Below, one piece after another: positions 56,753 through 64,000 of a stretch of DNA of 64,000 bases (position 1 is the stretch's first letter; every line of letters begins with the position of its first letter). A model generated the notes under the pieces. The model was given only the letters and a program-made list of their open reading frames with translations, was not told the origin of the DNA and did no database searches. The translations under genes and the position numbers were made by a program. This DNA comes from Bacilli bacterium (GTDB taxonomy: Bacteria > Bacillota_I > Bacilli_A > RF39 > UBA660): the NCBI GenBank assembly GCA_045627525.1, contig JAZQNW010000011.1, positions 4,549 to 68,548 of the forward strand, read 5' to 3'.

Positions 56753-57947
56753 GAAAAAGATAGTTGGTATTTCAATATTTGTTGCTTTAGTTTTAATAAT
56801 TATTTTAATTAAAGTATTTGGTAATGGTAATACTAATGGTAAAATTTCACATAAAAATTTAAAAGATGTATATGTAGCAACAGGTGGTGGAAAAGAAAAT
56901 TTCTTAGCTGATGAAAGAGTAAATGAGATTTTAAATGATAAATATGGAATTAATGCTGTATTTGATTCTTGGAGTAATGGTAAAACAGTTGTTAAACCAT
57001 TAATTCGTGAATCGATAGGGCAAGGTGATTCATATATTGCAGAACAACTTAATAATGGTGATAGCAGTATTGGTATAAATTCTGATGGCGTTTCTAAGTA
57101 TGATGCTTTGTTTACCTCAGATCAACGTTTTTATGATTATTATAAATTAGCTCCAAATAGATCTTTGGGTGAGGCTGAACGTTATACTGTTTTAGAGGGT
57201 GGACTTACACTAAATACACCTATAGTTATTTATTCATGGAAAGGTGTTGCTGAAAAATTAATTAGTGAAGAGATAGTTACTCAAACTGATGGTGTTTATT
57301 ATATTACTAATATGGATAAACTTATTGATTATATCTTAAATGGTAAAACATGGAACGATATTGGACTTACTGATTTATATGGTAATGTTAATATAGCATC
57401 AACTGATCCAGTTACATCTTCACCAGGAGCAACTTATTATGGATTATTATTATCTATTTTAGGTAAGGGTCAAATATCAGATGAAAATTTAGATTCTGAT
57501 CTTTCAAAATTAAAACAATTTTATCAAAAATCTGGGTATATGAATAATACACCTGCTGATTTATTTGAAAGATATTTAAAAACAGGAATGGGTGGAGAAC
57601 CTATGATTGTAGATTATGAAAAAAGTTTGATTGATTTTATTAATTCTAATCCTAATGGATTTAAGCAAGTAAAAGATGATATTGTTGTTTTATATCCAAA
57701 ACCAACTATTTGGAATTCACATTGCTTTGCTGCATTTAGTGATAATGGTAAGGAATTGTATAAAGCATTACAAGATCCAGAAATTCAACAAATTGCTTGG
57801 GAAAAATATGGATTTAGAACTGGTATAACTGGTGGAAACTATGATGTTTCATCAATAGGTATTGCTATACCAAAAACAATAAATAGTACTGTTAGTAGTC
57901 TTAAAATGGACTATTACAATAAATTGATAGGTTATTTAAGTGAATAG
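56745..57947 (+). CDS. Membrane-anchored solute-binding-fold protein
   Basis: N-terminal TM; TPIVIYSW, STDPVTSSPG, IVDYE, VVLYPKPTIWNSH, KYGFR. Confidence 0.75.
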   Translation: MNKKKIVGISIFVALVLIIILIKVFGNGNTNGKISHKNLKDVYVATGGGKENFLADERVNEILNDKYGINAVFDSWSNGKTVVKPLIRESIGQGDSYIAEQLNNGDSSIGINSDGVSKYDALFTSDQRFYDYYKLAPNRSLGEAERYTVLEGGLTLNTPIVIYSWKGVAEKLISEEIVTQTDGVYYITNMDKLIDYILNGKTWNDIGLTDLYGNVNIASTDPVTSSPGATYYGLLLSILGKGQISDENLDSDLSKLKQFYQKSGYMNNTPADLFERYLKTGMGGEPMIVDYEKSLIDFINSNPNGFKQVKDDIVVLYPKPTIWNSHCFAAFSDNGKELYKALQDPEIQQIAWEKYGFRTGITGGNYDVSSIGIAIPKTINSTVSSLKMDYYNKLIGYLSE

Positions 57948-57957
57948 GAGGTATTAA

Positions 57958-59100
57958 ATGGCTGCATTAGAATTAAAAGTAGAAGAAAAAGATGAAAAGG
58001 TAACAAAATTAGTAGAGGGTGAAGAAAAATTAACAGAGGAAAAAATAGAAAAGTCGCTTAATTATGATGAATTAAGTGCCACTGAAAAGAAAGCAGTAGA
58101 TGAGTTTAATGAAAAAATAGATGTTTTCGATTCAACTCAAATATTACAATATGGTTCTGCTGCTCAAAATAAAATTTCAGAATTTTCTGATTCTATTTTG
58201 AAAGATGTAAAAACAAAAAATACTGGTGATACAGGTGAATTGTTAGCTAATTTGGTTGCACAAATTAAAAGTTTTGATACATCAGTTGGAAGTGAACCAA
58301 AAGGTTTATCCAAATTATTCCATAGTGTTAAAAGAGAATTCGATACTATACTTGCTAAGTATAATAAAATAGAAAATAATATTGATACAATTGAAAAAGG
58401 ACTTGATAATAATAAAATTCAATTATTGAAAGATATTAGTATTTTTGATGAAATGTATCAAAAAAATTTAGATTTCTTTAAGGAAATATCTTTATATATT
58501 ATTGCTGGTGAAAGAAAATTAGATGAATTAAAAAATAAAACATTACCAGAGTTGAAGAAAAAAGCAGAAGAAACTAATGAACAATTAGATATTCAAAAAG
58601 TTCAAGATATGGAAGCTCAAATTAATAGATTTGAAAAGAAGATTTATGATTTAAAGACTACACGAATTATTTCTATTCAAATGGCTCCACAAATAAGATT
58701 ATTACAAAATAATGATGCTGAACTTGTTGAAAAAATCCAAAGTTCTATTACTAATACTATTCCATTATGGAAAAATCAAATGGTTTTAGCTTTAGGTATA
58801 AGTGATTCTAAACGTGCTTTAAAACAACAACAAGCTGTTTCAAATTTAACTAATGAGATGTTACAAAAGAATAGTGAAACATTAAAACAAGGTGCTTTAG
58901 AAGTTGCTAAGGAAAGTGAGAGAGCTATAGTTGATGTAGAAACACTTAGAAAAACTAATAAAGATTTAATCGATACTTTAGATGGTGTTATTAAAATACA
59001 TGAAGAAGGTCGTGCTAAGAGAGCTGCTGCTGAAGAAGAACTAAAGAGTATTGAAAAAGAATTAAAAGATAAAATATTAGAGATAAATGTAGAAAAATAA
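57958..59100 (+). CDS. telA: Toxic anion resistance protein TelA/KlaA
   Basis: QYGSAAQ, Q.APQIRLLQNN, NTIPLWKNQM, LKQGA, DVETL motifs. Confidence 0.92.
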   Translation: MAALELKVEEKDEKVTKLVEGEEKLTEEKIEKSLNYDELSATEKKAVDEFNEKIDVFDSTQILQYGSAAQNKISEFSDSILKDVKTKNTGDTGELLANLVAQIKSFDTSVGSEPKGLSKLFHSVKREFDTILAKYNKIENNIDTIEKGLDNNKIQLLKDISIFDEMYQKNLDFFKEISLYIIAGERKLDELKNKTLPELKKKAEETNEQLDIQKVQDMEAQINRFEKKIYDLKTTRIISIQMAPQIRLLQNNDAELVEKIQSSITNTIPLWKNQMVLALGISDSKRALKQQQAVSNLTNEMLQKNSETLKQGALEVAKESERAIVDVETLRKTNKDLIDTLDGVIKIHEEGRAKRAAAEEELKSIEKELKDKILEINVEK

Positions 59101-59104
59101 AAAT

Positions 59105-59129
59105 AAAGCATTATTTTAATGCTTTTTTT
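59105..59129 (+). terminator. Terminator-like hairpin after telA
   Basis: AAAGCATTA-TTT-TAATGCTTT plus T-tract. Confidence 0.55.
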
Positions 59130-59139
59130 AGGAGGTTTT

Positions 59140-60741
59140 ATGGACAATAATCAAACTTTGAAAGATATATATAAAGATTTCTTTGGTGGTAGTTTAAGTG
59201 ATTTTTCTACTAATTCAGATAGTGATTTTAAAGTAGATGAAGAGATAGTAGAAAATGATGAAATTAATTATATAGATAAAATAGATGAATTATTTATCAG
59301 TGATGAGTCTAAAATATTATTAAAGAAAATTATTAGTTATATGGAAAAGTATGATAAAAAGGAAGAAACTAATTATATTAGTTTTAATATTTCTTTAGAA
59401 ACAGATGATAATAATTTGAATAAAGAAATTTCTGATATATTAAATTATTATGCTAAAAAGTATAATTATGTTGATGGAAATAGTATCACTAATGTTACTT
59501 TATATAAATTAGAAAAGCCTGATGCTTTAACTGAATTTTATAATAAAAACTCTTTAATTAATATAACGGATTTAGATGCTCTTGAAATGAATGATGTTAA
59601 TTTTAAAAAGAAGTTTTTCTATATTTTAAAAGAATCTATAGGTTTGAAAAAGATTACTATTGTTACAGGCAAAAAAGAAATATTAAAATCTTTTTTACAA
59701 AACGATGATAGATTGTCTGATAGTTTTTGCTTTAATTTATTTGGTAGTATTCCAACTAATAATGATGTTTATAATGATATTTTAGATAAGATTGATAACA
59801 TGAACTTTGATAAAGAATTTAATATAAAACTATTAGATTATATTACTAATACTTATTCTAAAAGTAATTTGGATTATAGTAGTTATGTTAATGATTTATA
59901 TAAATATATTTCATTTAATAAAGATCTTCCTAAAGTAGAAGAGGTTAAGTCAGTTGATGAAGTATTTAAAGATCTTAATGAATTAGTTGGTCTTGAAAAA
60001 GTTAAAAAGACTTTATATGATTTAGTAGATTTAATTACTTTAAAAAATAAAACGCATGATGATTTGAAAATTAATAATGTTAATTTACATATGGTGTTTT
60101 TAGGTAATCCAGGTACTGGTAAGACTACTGTTGCTAGAATGATTTCAGAAATACTTTATGATTTGAAATATATTAAGCAAAATAAATTGATAGAAGTTAG
60201 TTCTAAAGATTTAGTTGCTGAGTATGTAGGCCAAACAGCAGTTAAAACAATGAATGTAGTAGAAAAAGCACTTGGAGGTATTTTATTTGTAGATGAAGCA
60301 TATGCATTAGCTGATAAGAATGGTGAAAATACTTATAATGGTGAGGCAATAGCAACTCTTATAAAAGCTATGGAAGATTATCGCGATAATTTAGTTGTTA
60401 TTTTTGCCGGTTATACTAAAGAAATGCAAGATTTTTTAGATTCAAATTCGGGAATTGTTTCTAGAATAGGTTATACCTTAGAATTTGATGATTATACTAA
60501 TCAGGAATTAATTGATATATTTAAAGGTATGGTTACAAAAGCTGGATTTATATTAGAAGATGGTGCTTTAGATGAAGTTAATAAATTAATAGATGAACAT
60601 AGGATTGATAAGAATTTTGGTAATGCAAGATTTATTAGAAATGTATATGAAAAGTCAATTATTAATCATGCTTCAAATACCAAAAATAATAAGAGTAAAA
60701 AAATTCTTAAAACAATTACAAAAAAGGACATTAAATATTAA
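59140..60741 (+). CDS. CbbX/SpoVK-like AAA+ ATPase with long N-terminal extension
   Basis: HMVFLGNPGTGKTTVAR, GILFVDEAY, IFAGY, FGNAR. Confidence 0.88.
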   Translation: MDNNQTLKDIYKDFFGGSLSDFSTNSDSDFKVDEEIVENDEINYIDKIDELFISDESKILLKKIISYMEKYDKKEETNYISFNISLETDDNNLNKEISDILNYYAKKYNYVDGNSITNVTLYKLEKPDALTEFYNKNSLINITDLDALEMNDVNFKKKFFYILKESIGLKKITIVTGKKEILKSFLQNDDRLSDSFCFNLFGSIPTNNDVYNDILDKIDNMNFDKEFNIKLLDYITNTYSKSNLDYSSYVNDLYKYISFNKDLPKVEEVKSVDEVFKDLNELVGLEKVKKTLYDLVDLITLKNKTHDDLKINNVNLHMVFLGNPGTGKTTVARMISEILYDLKYIKQNKLIEVSSKDLVAEYVGQTAVKTMNVVEKALGGILFVDEAYALADKNGENTYNGEAIATLIKAMEDYRDNLVVIFAGYTKEMQDFLDSNSGIVSRIGYTLEFDDYTNQELIDIFKGMVTKAGFILEDGALDEVNKLIDEHRIDKNFGNARFIRNVYEKSIINHASNTKNNKSKKILKTITKKDIKY

Positions 60742-60780
60742 TGTTCTTTTATGTTATAATTTAGTTAGGGAGATAAAAAT

Positions 60781-61323
60781 ATGAAAATTATTTATGAAAA
60801 AGCGAAAATAGAAGATGCTTATGATTTTGAAGAGGTTGTTGCTAATTCATGGAAAGAAACTTATGCTTCATTATTACCTGATGAATATTTAGAAGAAAGG
60901 GTTAATAATGTAGCTTTAAGAGTTCCTAAGTATGAAAAAAATTTTTTTGATACTAGAATAAAATCTTTTGTAGCAAGAGATAAAGAAAAAATTGTTGGTA
61001 TTTTAAAATATGGTATTTCAGATAATAGTAAATATAATGATTATGGTTATATTCAAGCTTTGTACGTTTTAAAAGAATATCAAGGATATGGTATTGGTAA
61101 AGAATTATTTAAAATGGCAATTTTAGGACTTAAAGAATTGGGTTATACTAAAATAATGTTGGAGTGTATGTGTGGTAATGAGACAATTAACTTTTATAAA
61201 AAATATTTAGGTAAAGTAGTTGAAACTATTGATTTTTCTATTAATAGAGTTGGAAATGTAAGAGCAGATGTTTTGATATTTACGGATTTAGATGAAACAT
61301 TAAAAAAAATATCGTTTAAATAG
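60781..61323 (+). CDS. GNAT family N-acetyltransferase
   Basis: SWKETY, LYVLKEYQGYGIGKEL, FYKK. Confidence 0.9.
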   Translation: MKIIYEKAKIEDAYDFEEVVANSWKETYASLLPDEYLEERVNNVALRVPKYEKNFFDTRIKSFVARDKEKIVGILKYGISDNSKYNDYGYIQALYVLKEYQGYGIGKELFKMAILGLKELGYTKIMLECMCGNETINFYKKYLGKVVETIDFSINRVGNVRADVLIFTDLDETLKKISFK

Positions 61324-61331
61324 CGATATTT

Positions 61332-61925
61332 TTATTTTTGATTATCAAAGTCGATATTAATTAATAGGTTTTGGGTTACTGCTTCTCTTTCATTTTTTAT
61401 TTCACTAAAATTATAAATAAATAAGTCACAAGCTTCCCAAATAGAGAAAGAAAATATAAAACTAAATACTTCACGAATAAATGCTGCCTCTTGAATTCCA
61501 TATATTTGAATGTAACAAATTACTAGAAATAATCCTAAGCATAGAAGTGTTATTATTTTATTTCGGCATTTAATATAAGCTTTTTCAATTTTATATAATT
61601 CAATAGCATAGTGTTGTTTTACTATTTGCCTTATCAAATTTTGTTTATCTATATTTATTGAAATTCCTTTTATATGTAATTTTATTTGAATATCATTTTC
61701 TAGCATTGATGTTTTTCTTTCTATATAATCATATATTTCTGGATTTAAATCAGTTTGTTTATTTGAAGTTTTTGGGTCAATTAATTCATTTATATTGTCT
61801 ACTGTTAAGTATATATCAGCAATATTAGAAGTTGATAAAAATTCTTTTTTTATGTAGTTATCTAGATATTCTCTTTTAGAATATTGTTTTATCTTTTCAT
61901 TCATTTTCTTTTTAAACTCATTCAT
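61332..61925 (-). CDS. Hypothetical membrane protein
   Basis: 197 aa, two C-terminal TM segments. Confidence 0.7.
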   Translation of the reverse strand: MNEFKKKMNEKIKQYSKREYLDNYIKKEFLSTSNIADIYLTVDNINELIDPKTSNKQTDLNPEIYDYIERKTSMLENDIQIKLHIKGISINIDKQNLIRQIVKQHYAIELYKIEKAYIKCRNKIITLLCLGLFLVICYIQIYGIQEAAFIREVFSFIFSFSIWEACDLFIYNFSEIKNEREAVTQNLLINIDFDNQK

Positions 61926-62099
61926 ATATAATCACCTACTATGTTGATTATAATATAAAATATATAAAAATAAAATTATTATTTTAATGATTTAATTTTT
62001 TTACAATTCATTTACTTATAATATGTTAATTATAGAAATTTTTTTTACTGACAAATTAATGAGCATTTATTATAATAGTTATATAAAGTTGGTGATATT

Positions 62100-62843
62100 A
62101 TGAAAAAATTAAAATGGATTATAATAATATTTTTAGTAGTGGTAATTACGTTATCGTATTTGTATGGAAGAAATTTTTATGAAGCAAAACCTATTTGTGA
62201 TAAATATTTACAATCTACTGATAAGATTAATGTTATAGAGGAAAAAAAATATATATTTTTCGATAGTGAAGAGGCAAATAGAGCATTGATTTTTTATCCT
62301 GATTCACGAGTTGAAGCTAAGAGCTATGCTAAATTAATGCATAAATTTGCTCAAAAAGGATTTGATGTTTTCTTATTAAAGTTTCCATGTAGAATGCCAT
62401 CATTAGGAACTAATTATCCTAATAAAATAATTAGCAAATATAATTATGATGAAGTATATTTAGGTGGACATTCAAATGGTGGAGTAGTTGCAGCTAATTA
62501 TTTATTTAAAACAAATAAAAATATTAATGGAATAATATTTTTAGCTTCCTATTCTAATTATAAGATAAAAAATGATATAAAAATAATATCAATATATGGT
62601 GAAAATGATAGAGTACTAGATATAGAAAAATATAATGAATTAAAGAATAATTATAATGATAATTTTAAGGAATTTATAATAAAGGGAGGAAATCATTCTG
62701 GTTTTGCTAATTACGGAAGATATAAAAAAGATGGTTATGCATCTATTACTAGTAATTGGCAACAAAATAGAACTGTAAAACTTGTTAATAAAACAATTGG
62801 TAATAAAACCAGTAAAATTAAAATTATTAATAGAAAAAATTAA
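62100..62843 (+). CDS. Membrane-anchored alpha/beta hydrolase
   Basis: IFYP, GGHSNGG nucleophile, GENDRV, GGNHSGF. Confidence 0.85.
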   Translation: MKKLKWIIIIFLVVVITLSYLYGRNFYEAKPICDKYLQSTDKINVIEEKKYIFFDSEEANRALIFYPDSRVEAKSYAKLMHKFAQKGFDVFLLKFPCRMPSLGTNYPNKIISKYNYDEVYLGGHSNGGVVAANYLFKTNKNINGIIFLASYSNYKIKNDIKIISIYGENDRVLDIEKYNELKNNYNDNFKEFIIKGGNHSGFANYGRYKKDGYASITSNWQQNRTVKLVNKTIGNKTSKIKIINRKN

Positions 62844-62996
62844 AATAGTTATATTTTAAAAAGACATTGTTTCTTTTAAACTGCGGGGACTAAAAATATA
62901 AGCATATTAGATATCAATCCATATACTCGATTTTATTTTTCCTTTATTGTGAATTAAATTTTTAATTTTATCCATACTAATGGTGAGGAGGAATTT

Positions 62997-63188
62997 ATGA
63001 CACAAAAAGAATTATCATATATGGAAGATGCTATTGGTCATGAAGATAATATTGTTAAAATAATATCTGATATGATAGAAAAAATAGACGATCAAAATGT
63101 AATAACTTTTTTAAATAATGAACAAAGTAAGCATAGTACAATTAGAGAAAATTTAGTTTCTAAATTGAGAGGAAAATTGAATGAATAA
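62997..63188 (+). CDS. Small spore coat (Coat F-like) protein
   Basis: MTQKELSYMEDAI.HE helical ferritin-like pattern; AGGAGG RBS. Confidence 0.65.
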   Translation: MTQKELSYMEDAIGHEDNIVKIISDMIEKIDDQNVITFLNNEQSKHSTIRENLVSKLRGKLNE

Positions 63189-63429
63189 TCAAATTGTATT
63201 AGATGAGTATTTGCTTATTTTAAAAAGTACAGTTGAAGTTTATGTTCATGGTACGCTAGAAAGTTCAAATAAAGATATAAAAGAGTTATTACAAAATAGT
63301 TTGGTGGATATTTTAAAAAGTCAAGAAGATACATATAATATGATGGTATCTTATGGATACTATAATGTTAAGAATGTAGATAATAGTATAATTAAAACTA
63401 CATTAGATGAAATTGAAAATAAAAATTAG
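63181..63429 (+). CDS. Spore coat (Coat F domain) protein
   Basis: YVHGTLESSN, Q..TYNMMVSYGYY matches Coat F pattern. Confidence 0.7.
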   Translation: MNNQIVLDEYLLILKSTVEVYVHGTLESSNKDIKELLQNSLVDILKSQEDTYNMMVSYGYYNVKNVDNSIIKTTLDEIENKN

Positions 63430-63538
63430 AGTATTACTTTTATTTAATGAAAAGCATATTAGTTTAAAATATGCTTTTTTTATGTTATATTAATATTATA
63501 TTTTTATTTATAAAAATTTTTTGAAAGTGGTGCTTTTT

Positions 63539-64000
63539 ATGAATATACCTAAAGTTAATTTTAAAAAGATGTCTTTGGATGAAAATATAGAAACAATTAA
63601 ATGGGCTTTTTTTGAAGATGGTGAAGATTTGGACGTTCATAATTTTACTATTCAATATTTTCCCGAATTAAAAGATATAGATACAAATTTATCAACGGAT
63701 GAAATTAATATAAGAATAGCTGAAGTCGTTGCTAATGATTATTATCAATATGAAAAAAGAATTGAATCTGAAGTTGAAAGATATAATAAATTATGGGAAT
63801 CTTTTAACGATAAATATTTTGAAACTTTATTTGATTTTTTTGATTGTACTTTTCCTAGTGATATTAATGAAATAGAGGCATCTGTTGGATTAATTCCCGT
63901 TTTTCCAAGATACTTGGATACTTTAACTTTTTCTGTATCAACAGGTATTGATGATGATAAATTAGTTGAAATAGTAGCACATGAGACACTTCATTTTATA
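63539..64000 (+). CDS. 5' part of a putative zinc metallopeptidase-like protein (truncated by window end)
   Basis: ATG 63539, open to the end; terminal AHETLHF HExxH motif; not in ORF track. Confidence 0.65.
   Translation, partial: MNIPKVNFKKMSLDENIETIKWAFFEDGEDLDVHNFTIQYFPELKDIDTNLSTDEINIRIAEVVANDYYQYEKRIESEVERYNKLWESFNDKYFETLFDFFDCTFPSDINEIEASVGLIPVFPRYLDTLTFSVSTGIDDDKLVEIVAHETLHFI

Noticed and set aside
50907-60784. ORFs 50907-51122, 53391-53636, 58776-59147 and 60593-60784
   Set aside because: Overlap well-supported genes (rimM, rplS, telA, AAA) without RBS or motifs.
62860-62940. GC-rich patch CTGCGGGGAC in the intergenic region as a riboswitch
   Set aside because: Could not build a purine, cobalamin or other aptamer fold on either strand.

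Overview
Very AT-rich chromosomal segment from a genome-reduced Firmicute/Bacilli. It uses genetic code 11 (TGA is a stop) and resembles an uncultured gut RF39-type lineage (inference). It is mostly housekeeping, with Bacillus-like synteny: asnS, sepF-divIVA, ileS, rpsU-yqeY-yqfCD-ybeY-dgkA-cdd-era-yqzL-recO-glyQS, infC-rpmI-rplT-rpsB-tsf-frr, pheST and rimM-trmD-rplS-lepB. It also carries six tRNAs, three T-box leaders, L19/L20 leaders and a scattered sporulation set (spoIIIAH, gerE, gerM, yqfC/D, sspI, two coat-F-like genes). No CRISPR array, integrase or transposase was seen. Most unusual observations: (1) ribosomal proteins bL20 and uS2 both end in the same linker-tethered Rho_N/HeH-like domain. 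(2) The Gly and Phe T-boxes lack a canonical terminator; their antiterminator is nested in a long helix followed by a U-tract, and the Gly T-box has an ultrashort stem I. (3) A peptidase-ABC exporter locus carries two double-glycine peptides, a stunted accessory protein and an upstream structured RNA candidate. (4) A vWA/solute-binding-XpaC-SBP-TelA(-AAA) envelope module is present. (5) A partner-less HerA sits beside sepF-divIVA. (6) IleRS2 has the altered GLHH signature motif.
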